DNA of 64,000 bases from contig NW_003314283.1 of the NCBI RefSeq assembly GCF_000143415.4, positions 196,752-260,751 on the forward strand. The letters are read 5' to 3'. The translations under genes were made by a program, and so were the position numbers. Of the stretch, positions 1 to 13,893 are shown in pieces. Positions within the stretch are counted from its first letter, which is position 1. Every line of letters starts with the position of its first letter. This DNA is from Selaginella moellendorffii. Taxonomy: Eukaryota > Plantae > Lycopodiophyta. The notes beneath the pieces were generated by a model. That model was not told the origin of the DNA. It saw only the letters and a program-made list of their open reading frames with translations, and ran no database searches.

Positions 1-135
<135 letters not shown>

Positions 136-2708
136 ATTTAGTACCTTACCTAAACACTATAATTGATTAAAGACTTTGTCAATAAAACAAAAGCAAGATT
201 ATCAACTTCATGTATATACTCAACATCCAGATTAATATGAGGATAGAAAATACTCAACTCAATACTGGATTGAGAATGAAAATCATAAGTATCATAAATG
301 ATCAATATGCTAAGGAAAGAAAATATTATAGATGAAGAGAAGACACTAGGAATATGAAAAGGTGGCTTAGGTTGGGAAATAAAAATAGGTTAGGAAAGAG
401 CAAAAAACAAAGACAAAAGATCATATGGCAGATTAAAAGATTAACACCTACCCTACAAAATCTCTAACTCATCTCCAAAGCTATTTCCATAATAATCAAA
501 CTCCTCATCATAATTTGGAATCCATTCAAGCTCATAAATATCATCTTTCCATAAACTTGATCTTTGAACATTATCCAAAAACTAAATTACATCATCCATA
601 ACTCTCCAATCGATATTATGATCACACTCTATATTAATAAGAGATGCTAAAACACTAAAAATAGGAGAAGCTAAATAATCATGTCCTATAGAAGCTGGAG
701 ACAATAACACACTAAGGATGGTTGGAGCACTAATATAATCACACCCCACAGCACCAAAAACTTGATCCAATGAAATAGTATTAGCAACCTCGAGTGATAT
801 ATTCCTTGATTGATGATGGTGTGGGATAAAGGAATGCAATGAAGATCAAAAGAAATAGCAAACCTAAACACAACAAAAAAACTAATACAAATCAAGACTT
901 ATAGAGAATAAAAGAATAAAAATATCAATATGATCTTGAACACTAAAGTAAAGCATTACTAAGATTGCTCATTAGGGACAAATTGCAATGCCTTTTATCT
1001 ATATCAATATGAGTGTTTAATAACTAGGGTTTAAACCCCTTGTTTATGTACAAAAATGGATGAATTAGATTCAGTGCTAAATGAGTGGTCTATATCCTAT
1101 ATTACTATTATCAATGTGTTGCCTAGGTAATATACATATATGGATTTATAGACCTTACATTATTAATAATATAGAGCTTATAAAGTGTAGTTATTAATAA
1201 GAATAAATATCACTATAGTTAGAACCTTTCATCAACCAAATTCCATAGAAAATTATCTATTATCCTCAATTTCAAGTTCCACAACATCTTCAACCCCAAC
1301 ATGTATTGCCACAGCTAGAATACTTTCAAAATTCACATTGCATTTCACAGCTATGGCCCCAAAAGGACCAAGCCAGAGGCAACCATTTTGGCATGGCATA
1401 ACATCAGAAGTGAAAGAAAAAGTCCTGTTCATTTTGTTAGTGAGAACATGATTCTAACACCACAAAGGTAGAAGTCTGTGTAAACTCTATTACAGTGTAA
1501 GGAAAATCTTAATCTAATAACAATTGAATCATAGAGGGGGAGGATACCATCATGGCAGCAGCAGATTGGAGTAGTACACGTTTAATTCCGAGTTTGAATA
1601 TATTACAGTATTTGATGTTTGTAAACTTGAAACTCATGGTAAGATTAATATTAGACATAAATTGTTTTGCTTCACATATCCATTAAATTAGTTTATAGTT
1701 GTGAGAATATTTTTATATATCAAGAACATTCTTTAATATTTTATTTAGAATGTTACATTTGTAACATTAGCATTACAAGGGTGCATTAGTTTTTCATTAG
1801 TATAATATTACTTTTTAACAATTAGTAACAAAATCCAATTAAACTAATTAACTAAATTGGTTTTATATTGTAAATTTTTATAAATATTACATAGATAATA
1901 GTTGGAATTTCATACTATAGGTTGAGTGAATAATATTTTAGTATAAAACTAAATAACAATCATTTTGAATGACCAAATATCTATTTATAATGCAATCAGA
2001 AAAATAGTTATCTCTATTAGGAGACCAAAAAATAGTACCAATCTCTGAATGTAATGCTAATTTCCATTATTTGCTAGTCCTAATTTAAATTTTTTATTGT
2101 TGCCTAATGTTTCTGTAGACCACATTTTATATTTATCAATATATAAAATAAGATTATAATTAAAATTCAAATATAATATTACTTTTCTGTTTGGAAAAGC
2201 TAAAAAATGTTCTTTACTTAAATATTAGTAAGGCCTATTGGCATGCTAATAAAAACAAAGCACTGGTCATTACTTATAAATCAAGCCTTTTAGTTGGACT
2301 ATGTTGAGATGGTACATAATTTTTAATTACATACTTAATAGTTTATAATTTTTTCATAATTATACTGAAAGATGAATCTGAATTAATTAATAAACTGGAA
2401 CAAAGTTTAACTAAATTTTGTAATTCAGATTTTATAATATCTCAATTGTCTCTATTTTACATAATATTCTCTAGATGTTGTACCAGCATAGACAATAAAT
2501 ATGTGATTGTGCATGCTTGCATTATATATTTACATGCAGATTTTTTTTTTTGTTTTGAGTTGTATGCAAAAATATTATGCATACAATCACTTTTTAATTG
2601 CTATATAAACAATTGAAACATGATTGTGTGTATGATATTTTTGTCATAGGATATGCCATATATGCATAGAGTATGACATCTCAAACTGTCAAGGAACACA
2701 TCATATTA

Positions 2709-3122
2709 GATAACATGGTATTACAGGATATTTTTTATTTTCATTTTCATGTCATAGATTTATAATATTTTAATTTTTATTGAGTGAAGATTTATAGTCT
2801 CTTAATTTTGATCATTTTCTCCTCTCATTTTGCTCTCTCATATTTTTGCGGCTTATTTGCAGTGGAGCACCTTAATCTAGATAGCACTTGATTGACATGA
2901 ACAATCAATTATGAAAAATTGACTGATTGATAACATGGTATTACAGAGTATTTTTTATTTTCATTCTTGTGTCATAGATTTATAATATTTTAATTATCAT
3001 TAAGTGTAGATTTATAATATCTTAATTGTGATCATCTTTCTCCTCTCATTTTGCTCTCTCATATTTTTTCGGCTTATTTGTAGTGGAGCACCCTAATCTA
3101 GGTAGCGATTGATTGACATGAA
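2709..3122. repeat. Two-copy tandem duplication, about 220 bp period
   Basis: gataacatggtattacag...gattgacatgaa occurs at about 2709-2901 and again at about 2929-3122 with scattered substitutions. Confidence 0.9.
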
Positions 3123-3996
3123 AGCAAATGAAATCAATTAGGGAAGGCAAAACATTTCTTTAAGTGCTTAGGTCTTTGATGTGGTAGTTTTTCCATAACC
3201 AAATAGATTTTGTTGTAGCCAAGGTAATCCATTAACTTTATTGATTTCTCGCATTTTTAGTCACACATTTAAGTTTTTGATATTGTAGTGGTTTGTTATA
3301 TTTGAGTATGTTATATAACCTTTCTTTCTTAGGCATGTTACAAATCAACCCATGTGTTGAAAAATATCATACCTATAAGCTCTAATCCAAAGTTTAAACT
3401 TTGCTGACAATTAAAAAAGTTTGCTATAAAGTTAAAATTTATATAGTACAAAATATTGCACATTTGGAATTCACATGTCCTTTATCATGCATATGTAGTA
3501 GGCATCAATACATGCCTATACATTATAAAAGGGCTTTTTTTTTGTGAGTCATATATATGTATTATAACAATTTAAATATATATTTTAAACTTCTGCCAAA
3601 TTGCCAACCCCATTCATGTAGATCTTCTTTTACTCCCCCAAATTACAAGCATAAATTGCTTGCCATACAATAGTGTTATTTAAAATTCAACAATTAACAG
3701 TAATAATAAATACATCATTTTCTATCTGAATATCATAACTTACATCTTGACCTCTTTGTACATCAACAAAAAAGTAATTATCTAAATGATAGCCAAAATC
3801 CCTGGTTTCTTTTTTCATATCAAACAAATTTATTAAAGAAATATTTATATATTTTATTTAAAACTTTATATATTTATTCATTTCAAAGTTCTGAATCTTT
3901 CAACGTGAATCAGTCAATTCTTTTAAGTTGAACAAACTGTCTATCGATCAAAGCCATTGAAGTAAAAGGACGAAACACTTATGGAAAGCTCTTGCA

Positions 3997-4772
3997 TACC
4001 TCCAGTAGCTCAGTTGGTCCATGTCAATTGAGAACCCCGCATCCTTGAGCCCAGTTTTGACACGCCCGAAATAGTACCTTGCATCAGCCAAGTTCCATAA
4101 AAAAAAAATGAAACAGAAATTCTACAAAGAAAATCACTTACTTCTTCTCCAATGGACTTTTCATCGGCCTCAAATTCAGGTTCCACGACATCCTCAGCTC
4201 CAACATCGATCGCGGCAGCCTGAAAACTTTCCGAATCCACATTGCCTTTCACATCTTGGCATGGCTCTTTTTGATAACATCGCGAACGAACGAAGCTCTG
4301 TTCGTGTTGTCCGTGAGAACTTCCACCACGATTCCAACACCACCAAAGCCGTATGCCAGGATTGGTTTTAACTCTTTTGCAGCGCAAACAAAACGCAATG
4401 TGAGTTACCTCATAACTCTTGCTGGTGTCTTTTGCTTTCTTGATGTTGCGTTCTATGAGACCTTCGCTTTCTGCACCAGTGCTGCCAATGTTAAATTCCG
4501 TCCCTCGCCCTGAAAAACCGATCCAATTAGCAACAAGCGAGAGAAAAAATCACAAATGCAGTACGCTTGCGCTATCTCTTTGCCAAGCCTGGCATTAACT
4601 TTGTTTCTCTTCAAGCCTGTGCCGCCTGCAGCACTGCCGATTACATTAGAAGCTTCAGACGACAAAGAAAACGCTAACCTTCCTGTCCGCAATCTTGCAA
4701 GCTCGCCTTCCCATTTCCAGAGGAGCAGAGGTCCATAGATGAAAACAAATCGCATTTCCCGCGTGCTGCCAT
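3997..4772 (-). pseudogene. YebC/PmpR (TACO1-like) unprocessed pseudogene
   Basis: Manual translation gives WTSAPLEMGRRACKIADRK, KRNKVNARLGKEIAQA, NLTLAALVQKAK, LIERNIKKA, AYGFGGVGIVVEVLTDNTNRA and AAIDVGAEDVVEP, matching plant YebC-family motifs. They are joined by frameshifts, short deletions, an in-frame TGA and a damaged acceptor; introns are retained. Ends are approximate. Confidence 0.85.
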
Positions 4773-4927
4773 GACGAACGTTTCTGCGATGTGCTCTCAC
4801 AACTGACTTCATTTGCAAAACTCTAAAACCCTAGAGATCGATATTCACCTGAGAAGGAAGCATTAACTACAACACAAAGAAAACTATAGAACACATACAA
4901 TCTTACGCTGTACAAGCTTCGGTGTCT

Positions 4928-7900
4928 TCACATCAAAGTTGCCAGGCCAACAAGCCCTGGACCATCGTCCTCTTTCACTCCCGGTTTCCCTTTCGCTAGA
5001 GGCTCTGGAAAAAGACAAAGATAGTAGTGATCGTAAAACTTTCAGAGACCACCACGTTGCTTACTTGTAACGTTAGTGATGACACTAGTGTTCTTCTGCG
5101 GTTTCAGTGCCTTGAGCTTGTCCCCTCCAGCCGCCAAGAGAAGATTCTTTATGTGCTGGCGCTGCTCTTTCACGCTGGTGGTTTTGTTAAAGGCTGTTTC
5201 AAAATTCGCAAATTCTTGTTGACTGATGGAAGGCAGAGACATCAAAACCTGTTCAAAAACAAGTAAGTAACATAGTAAAAAGGTGCAGAGGGACTTACTT
5301 GTTTAGGCGTTGACGTGTGTGGAGATAGTTTCACTAGAATTTCCCGGAGCAAACCGAGAAGTTCAGCATGCGCTGCGCTGTTCGACTCTAGTGTCAAGCT
5401 CTGGATTATAGCAGTGAACATATCTTTCCCCACGATCTCTCTTAAGTTGGTGTCGTTAAGTGGACCAGCCACGTCAATCACAGCTCCACAAAAAACCGCA
5501 CCTCTGTGAACCGCATCGCTATCTGGCCATTGCAATGACTGAATTCCTAGATGGACCGTTGCGAAAGCAGCAGCGGAGTGCTGGATTACATAACTGCGAA
5601 GAAAAAAGTAAATGTTAAACTATAAAGCATAAGAACTTCCAAGTACTCAGCTCACCAAAGCATTCCCGGCTGCTGCTCCGGATTGAGTTCACTTGAGGCC
5701 ATGATAGCCAAAAGTGTGCAGACTTCACGAGTCAGTTCCCTTAGCATACGCTCCTCGACGAGTTCCGTATTGATTCCCGAACTTCCGTCCACTGCAAATA
5801 AAGTGCCAGTCTTGACAGCACCTTCCCTCACGAGGTTTTCCCAGGCTAGTGGCAGGGTCGCATGACAATGAACAAGTAACGGTGGCAACAACTGACCGAG
5901 CCAGACTTCTCGGAGAGAGTGCGGGCAAAACCTTACAAATGACTGTATAACCGAATGAACCAGGGAACGAAGATGGCGAAATTCCATTGAAGAAAGACTC
6001 TCCATGAGCCCAGTTGCTAGAGGCCCACTCAGTCCAGACATGTTGACGAAGAACTGATTCCCTAAGCGAGAACTTGCATAACGTAAAACGTTGTATCTGT
6101 ACAGTAAAAGTTAGGAACTGCCAGTCGTATACATTCAAATACGTTACCCACTGTCGCGAACAGATTTGAGCCAGTTTCTTAGTTCATCCTCTTTGTGATC
6201 GACTGTCTTAGATTCTCCAAGTATCGATGCTTGCTCACTAGCGCTTAAATGTATTGCTTGGCGAACAGGCGGAGGCAACGTGGATAGAATCGATGGAATC
6301 CACAGCGAGTGCAAGCAGCGTAACAACTGCAGGAAATCCACGTTATTAGCCTTCATTCTGAATGAGACATGAAAGAATTACCTGTATCAAAGGCGGCAAA
6401 ATCCAAGACATGTGAACTGCCATGGGATGTGAACTAGGATTACCTTCCACACCAGCCGCACATCTTCTGAGCGCCTTTTCAAAGAAATGAATGCTGTGAA
6501 AAATGTACCACATGCCTTCGTCCCCAGACAAGTTTTCCGTGGTAGTCGTACCCAGTAGTCGCACAAAACCAGCAGGATCACACAGATACTTTTGTTGCCA
6601 GTCGGAGTGACACCAATAATCTCTGAATGGTCCAAGTAGCCATTCCAAAACTTGATTTTGTTGCTCCTGCCTGCTAATTATATCAGGCAGCAATAAAAGA
6701 CATCTAAAACATACCCGGCAGTAGACCCCGCAACCAATAAGGATTCACCCAACAATATGTACTCCCCACGAAGGAGGTGGCGCTCCTGCTGTAGCCTCGT
6801 CATTGTTTCAGCAACAATCTGCACTAACCCCATCAATCTAAAAGCACGACGTCATGAAAAATATACCTGCATGTGAGGAAATAAAGCTGGACCCGCCAGT
6901 TTTGCTATACGCAGAAACGATGTGCAGACTTGAAATCTTGCCTTCGAATTGGTAGAGCTCGCTTCCTACAAAAGAATATTAAAACATGATTTGTCGACAA
7001 GAACAAAACTAACCTTTGAGACTACAGGCACTGTTACTAAAAGTTGAAACAATTTCTGTATCACCGTAGGTACTGCAGTTGGTACATTCTTTATGTAAGG
7101 CACAAGAGCATCAAAACACTTTGCGTGGATCTCCACAAGCTCCGGTTCACTCCAATGGACGGTCAGCAATCGCTGCAATAAACCTAGACACATCATCTAA
7201 GTATACATTTATTCCAGTAGCTAACAACGTACCACCCAGAAGCTCACTCGTTCCTCCACGTGCAAAACATCCGGTTACAACTGCATCCAGCATGGTATGT
7301 GTACTCTCGAGAATGAAATACTCCTGCAAGGAAGGTTTAGATAACAGTATTGAATGCAAAATAAAAACCTGAGAAGATATCTTCTCTTTCGTCAGAAAAA
7401 CATCAAGGCGTTGAACAACTTTTGTAATGCCCAGGTCATGATGGTGATGTGCAACCAGTCGAATTAGTTCTATCTGCAGCAAGCGCAGCATTAGTCTTAC
7501 CCTTCAAAAATTTACGACGCTTACCAAACGGCCACGATACTGGCTATAATCCACCGCAGATGTGAATTCTTCTTCCTGGCCATCTTTTAGAAGCTTCTGA
7601 AATGCCACATCAAGTAGCACGCTCGCGGTTTCAATCGGAACAACCACTGTAGGTCTTGCTATGATCACCTTGTTCCGCTCTACCGATAAAGAGTCACGTA
7701 ATAGTCCCTGGAAGAATCTGTCAGCATTTACGATGACAGCGTTTAGAGGATATTTACCAGCCATAATGGCAATGCCTGAACATGCAACGAAAATTCAGAG
7801 TGTTGCAGAAACTTCAACATCTGTGAAAGTCATTTGGTCAACTCAATGTCCTCCCGAAATGGATTTACCTGACGATAATACGTTGCAAGCTTTTGATTGT

Positions 7901-9334
7901 TGGATGAAATCACCTGCAGATTTTGAGACCCAAGAGCGACAAGTGCTTCGCACAGGCACTCCGCGAACTCCAGAGGGGCACTGCCACCCCCATCGTAATG
8001 AACAAAATATGCGTCGCAAACGGACGAAAGAATTTCATAGACGCGCGCAAGCACAGAATTGAAGAGCTCGACATCTTCGTCGTATGGCTTTCTCCTATGA
8101 ACTATTATGGTCAAACCAATTTAATGAGAAAAGCCAGCACATGTTACCTGGATAGCAGTTGCTTTAAAATCTCACAAGCGGCCAAACGAAACTCTGACGA
8201 ATTTATCAAGAAACCACAACTGAAACAAGAAAGTGTCAAATGTGAAGTTCACGCGGGTACTGATGGATCCTTACGCTTCTACGAGGCCATAGCTAGAGAA
8301 GTTGGTGACAGGAGACCATTCTGCGTACACAAGAACAGCTTGTAAGGCAGCCGTCACGACAGCGGCATGCTGCTTCGCTAGCTCCATTTGCTGCAAATGC
8401 ATAGCTTCCATCCCAGCGCCAAAATGTTTTTCCAAAAGCTGTTTCAAAACAAATGAATACCCTCTGTACCAAAACGAGAAACATGGCACTTACTTTGTAG
8501 AAGAATGGAAAGAGCTGGGGAAGACTTTCCGTAAGTTCTGACAACAATTGCCTCCTCCGCGTGGCTGCCAGTGAGGAAGATGTGAGAATAATAAACAGAA
8601 GAACAGAGACATACTTTCTAGATCTTCGTTGTGAACAATCACATCTTCTGGAAGCCAACGCATCACCATAGCAACCATTTCAGCCTGTCAAATCCTTTTG
8701 AGGACAGAGAATGAAAGTGAAGTTTTAGCTTACGTGAACAGGACTCATGTCGCTTATAGGAAGTAGAGATTTTAGCATCCCTTTCCAAACGTCCGGTTCT
8801 TCCCTTCTCGTAACCTTCACCATCCAAAGAAGTGATAAAACTTCCGAGCTAGAACACGTAAACTACTCACCTCTGCCACTAGTGCGGCGGTCTGGCTCTT
8901 CACAGACCATGCCTCGTGAGGAGTAGCAAATTCTTTGACCATATCCAGCACCATGCCAGTCATCTTCCCTTTTTCTTCATGGTTGAGCTCGTCCCACCTG
9001 ATTCGAACCAGATGCTGCGATCGAGAAGAGGAAGGAAGAAAAAAGAGTGAAACAAGTTTAGCCTACGTAGGAAAGAAGCGATGCGTTACTTGTAAAAGCT
9101 TCAATCCATAATGCCGGACTTCGAGAGGCTGATTTTGGCTCGATAACGCGAATGCAGTTCCTCCGAGCACGCGCACGTCCCCCGATTTGATCTGTTCATG
9201 AAAAACACCGTGAATTTCAGCCGCAATACGCTGTCCCAACAAACCGAATCCAAAAATGATATTGCTGCCAGACGATCTTGCGCGCAATCGAGAGCCGCCT
9301 TCACTGCGGCAGCGACGCTCGCAGGATCGACCAT
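4928..9334 (-). CDS. HST1: HASTY / exportin-5 orthologue (multi-exon)
   Basis: Exons read IKSGDVRVL, HLVRIRWDEL, KSQTAALVAE, MRWLPEDV, LLEKHFGA..AKQHA, MEFRHLR..LVHSV and TSVKEQRQHIKNLLL, as in plant HASTY. GT-AG introns; ends GLATLM* at 4928. Confidence 0.95.
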
Positions 9335-9531
9335 CGCGGCGTCCAAAGAACCCTACTCTCCACCGGAAGAATCCAAAACCCTAAACTTAAACAGTGACGT
9401 GGCAAAAGTGTTATGACTTGGCGTAAACCAATGGCGAGCTTCCACGTCAGCACGATAATCCAGCATTATAGGCTGCTATTTTGTTCCCGTTAGCTAGAAT
9501 TTCTTCACGGAGAGGATGATCTCCGCGAGGT
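9335..9531. promoter_or_regulatory. Putative bidirectional promoter between HASTY and TBL
   Basis: 197 bp between divergent ATGs; contains TGACGTGG (9395), CCAAT (9428), CCACGTCA (9441) and a telo-box AAACCCTAA (about 9376). Confidence 0.6.
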
Positions 9532-11278
9532 ATGAAAGTCGGGCACTGGCATAGGTCTGTGGCGCTGCTCCTGGGAATTATTGCCACGGCGCTCTTGTTC
9601 GTGGCGATCAGCCACGATCTCCGCTCCTATTCCATCGAGGTATCGACATCGACATGGGTTTCGGCCGCAGATTCTCGCAATGCCGGCTCGATCGCGTCGG
9701 AAGTGGTGGATTACGAGGCCCGGGAGGACGAATTCGCCGATCCGGAGCCTCTAGATCAGCAAGAACAGGAAGAACAGGGCGAGAAAGAAGAGGACAAGCC
9801 AGAGGCTAGGGAAATCGAGGGCGGGGATAGCAATGGGGCGGCTGGAGTGGGATTTTCTCCAGGGAATTCGACGAATCGGGAGTGTAATCTCTACGAGGGG
9901 CGCTGGGTACGCGATGAATCATACCCACTGTTCCAGCCTTTCACTTGTCCATTCGTCGATACCGCCTTTCGGTGCCAAGAAAATGGACGCAAAGATAAAG
10001 GCTACTTGCAATGGCGGTGGCAGCCTTTTGGGTGCGACATACCAAGGTACTAGATTTTTTTCTCTCTATCCTTTTGGCTCTATCGAAACTTTTCTATGCA
10101 TTCTTCTAGCTTTAGTTTGACGAAAGCATGATAGAATGAGCTATGGAGAGATTCTTTTTCCTGTCATGACTCTAAAGTTTTTTTTCTTCTCTAGCCTTGT
10201 CTCAAGCTTTTCTTATGCATTCTTCTAGCTATAGTTTGAAGAGAACATAGATAGAATGAGCTACGAAGAGATTCTTTTTCCTGTCATGACTCTAAAGATT
10301 TTTCTTCCTTCCGCAGATTTAATGCGTTGGATATGTTGAAGAGACTACGGAACAAGAAGCTCGCCTTTGTGGGAGACTCTCTGGGGAGGAATCAATGGGA
10401 GTCTCTCGTGTGCATGCTCTATCAAGGAGTTTCCAACCGGAGCAACGTCTTTGAGGCAAGAAGGCAGCAAGTTGGAAAGGCCAGGCCGAGCTACTCGGTA
10501 AAGTTTCCAGACTACAAGACGCAGATCGACTACTACCGCACACATTTCCTGGTTCCCGAGGGTCGAAGGCCTCCAGGAATAACCGAGAGGAGGAGGATCA
10601 AGTGCTCTTTGCAGCTGGACAGAGTAGACAAGACCGGCTCCAAATGGAAGAACGCTGATATCTTGGTCTTCAACTCGGGACACTGGTGGAACCATGGAAA
10701 GATCTCCAAGAGGTAAGCTTTTCCTCACTTACATGACGTCTTCTCTGTCTCAAACTTGTGTTTGATTTTCCAAAAGGTGTTTCTTCATTGAACGGAGTAA
10801 CTACACCTTGAACATGGACGTCCATGCTGCCTACGAGAGAGCTATCCAAACTTGGGCTTCATGGGTTGACAATCACCGCGGAAAGAAAGTTTTCTTTCGT
10901 GGTTTTGCTCCAAACCACTTCAGGTACTCGGGAGAAAGAAAAGAGAGTTTTGATAAAAAGACTTTCCATGTTTGTGACAGTGGAGGAGATTGGAACACTG
11001 GAGGGACATGCGAGACACACATCCAGCCTCTCGATGATGAATCAAAGCTAGACAAGTATCCAGACAAAGTCGAGGCCGTGGAGAACGTCTTGAGCACCAT
11101 GAAGACGCCGGTGACGTTTCTTAACGTGACGAAGCTCTCGTTGTTCCGCAAAGATGGTCACGTCGCTGGATGGGGAAAACGCAACGGCAGTGGTCGCCAA
11201 GACTGTAGCCACTGGTGCCTTCCCGGAGTTCCAGATACTTGGAACGAGCTTCTCTACGCGTCTTTAACCCGGAGCTAG
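9532..11278 (+). CDS. TBL: Trichome birefringence-like (TBL/PC-esterase) polysaccharide O-acetyltransferase
   Basis: N-terminal transmembrane segment, CNLYEGRWV..CPF, WRWQP..CDIPRF, FVGDSLGRNQWESL, FNSGHWW and DCSHWCLPGVPDTWNELLY; four exons. Confidence 0.96.
10093..10310. repeat. About 120-bp tandem duplication inside TBL intron 1
   Basis: tatgcattcttctagc...gagattctttttcctgtcatgactctaaag appears twice, making this intron several times longer than its neighbours. Confidence 0.88.
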
Positions 11279-11456
11279 AGTTTTGGAAAGCGCTGTGCCT
11301 AAAAATCTCTCTTTTGACGACACTAAAGACATTCGATTCTAGGCTGAATAATGCACTGCTTCCGAAAAATTGGTTTTAGTGCCGCTGCGGTGTGAGAAAC
11401 AAAGTTTGATCGTTACGTCCAAATGGAAAAACTAGAAAAGTTTACCTTGTGCGCTC

Positions 11457-13675
11457 TCAAAAGCTGGCTTCGGCCGTGGCAGCCTCGTCCTCGTTAGGAG
11501 ATTCTTCCCTGGCAAATTCCTCCAAAAGTTGCCGCTGCCTATCGCTCATGGTTCTGGAATTCAAGGAAACGACGCGTGAGTGAAGATCTAAAGGCGATAA
11601 GAACTGAAGTAGAAAACTCACACTGGGATGCTCACACGGAAATGGACGTACTGATCGCCATAACCAGGACGTTGAACCATTCTCATGCCTTGGAAAAAAC
11701 GAAAAAGTAAAATCAAAGTAGAGAAAAGAAAAAACTCGTCTAGTCTCAAAGTACCTTTTCCTCTCATCACTTGTTTTTGCCCGGGTTGAGTGCCTGGCCT
11801 AACCTGTTTTAATCGAAAATCCATGGTGAAGAATTCCCCCTCGTAATAACTGGGCATACCTTTAGCATGACTGATCCTCCCAATGTAGGCACTTGGACAT
11901 TTCCACCCAAGGCAGCCTACAAACATATATCCGCTCGTGTCTAAAACAGTAGAAAATAAAGAAGAGAAAATGTTACCTGGATCATGGTGACTGGAGCATC
12001 GACGTGAACATCAGCACCCTCTCTCCGGAAAACTGGATCAGGCTTGACCTGGAACGACCCAAACTATTACCTCCGCAAACTGTAGGAAACAATCGTACCT
12101 CCACTCTAACAATAAGATCTGCGGCTCTTTGGCCCCGAGCACCACAAGCTCCCTCGCCAACAACTTTTATGTCCGTCCCACTCTCAACACCTGATACGCA
12201 ACAAGAAAACGAACACAGTTGAGAAGAAAACACAAACTAGCACGGTCCATTATCACTTACCAGCAGGAATATCGATAAAGACTTCCTTGACACCCATAAC
12301 GACGCCGGAGCCCTGACACCCGTTGCAATGCTCCTGTAATTCTCAACAATCAGAATGGTGTTGCTTCACAAAAGCAGTTTACCTTTACATATTCTCCTGT
12401 TCCTCTGCAATTCGTGCAACTTGACTCGAACGAAAAGAATCCCTTTTGCATGAAAACCTGTTCAGAAACATGAATATCAGAGTTATACGCGGGAAAGAAG
12501 GAAAAACCTTACCCTCCCAGCACCCCTGCACGACTTACACATCTGCGGCTTTACTCCGCTTGGAACACCAGAGCCCCCTGAGGAGTAAAATCTGATATAA
12601 AGCACAGAAAAAAAGAAAACAAAAGAAGAAGAAAAACTTACTGCACTTGTCGCAGCGTATTTGCGTGCGGTATGTGATTTTTCTTGCGCAACCGTTTACC
12701 GCTTCCATGAAATCAATATACACATTTTCCTGTTGAAGAGCAAATCAAGATGAGTTTTACAATGCAGGGAGTCTACAGAGAGAAAGCTTACGTATGTGTT
12801 TTTCTTCCCACCAAAGACTGTACTGAAGATCTGAAAGTTGCTCATGACAATGAGAACAAAGTCGTCAAAGATTTGAGTTGAAGCTTACGTCTTCCATGTT
12901 AGCACCACGACCACCGCCAGTAAACATGTCGAATACGGAGCCAAATCCGGCACCAGGACCAGGCGGTACTCCATCAGCTCGTTGAACATAAGCCTCATGC
13001 CCGAGCTGAAAAGGAGCTAGCGATTTGTCTCGTAGATAAAAGAAGGAAATCCCACCTGGTCATACAGATTCCGCTTTTCATCGTCCTTAAGAACTTCGTA
13101 TGCTTGTTGAACCTCCTGAAACTTCTTCTCGGCATCTGGATCCTCCTTGTTCACGTCAGGGTGATGTTTCTTAGCAAGCTGCGAGAAAAGAGAACAACCA
13201 CTTCGAGTTATAGAACACGCAAGAGCTTCACGAACCGCATAGTAAGCCTTTTTCACATCGGCAGCGCTTGCCGTCTTGGAAACACCCAGAGCATCATAGT
13301 AATCGTTCCTCAAGGCTGTCACAAGAAAGCATACAGGGTGAGCAAGATCCGAGAGAGGAAGAAAAAACCAAACAAAAACCACACCTGTAGAGTGGAATCC
13401 TCGAGCATTGAAGCTAAATCCAAATCCTGTGAAGCCAGCATTGTTATAAGCACGAGCAAAACTACTGTAGCAATGTCTCTGGTCACAAGAGAAAGCGTTC
13501 TCCTGCACAAGCGCTAACTGAGAAAAACTAGGCTGCGAGATTGAGAAACTTCTACCTTGTTCCCGGAGCCATAGATTGCGCGATCACACAGCCGCCGCTC
13601 CCACACGCCCGATCCGCCATGGTGACTCCCCAATGCCGTCTTGGCAGCGCGCCGAATGATCTTGTGATGCACCAT
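11457..13675 (-). CDS. GFA2: Type I DnaJ chaperone, GFA2-like, likely mitochondrial (paralogue 1)
   Basis: J domain [17 protein letters not shown]-rich linker, CxxCxGxG zinc repeats, [10 protein letters not shown] and GDQYVHF; stop at 11457. Confidence 0.9.
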
Positions 13676-13893
13676 TGCCCTCCAAAACCCCGGGAAATCT
13701 CACAGCATAAACCCTACATTTTGCTCAAAAGCGTGGAACAAGATATTTTAGGGCCTAGGGTTTAAGCTTCTACATTGCTCTATTGATGTTTACAAGGTTC
13801 TAGATACTCAAAAATGTGCTTCCACTGGAGCGGGAATGATCCACTCAAACAAAGTGTGAGTTACCGCCAAGAAGGAACGCTACCTTTTGTGAA

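Noticed and set aside
582-839. 85-aa ORF with a weak internal repeat of about 20 aa
   Set aside because: No recognisable domain or splice context; probably a degenerate minisatellite or TE remnant.
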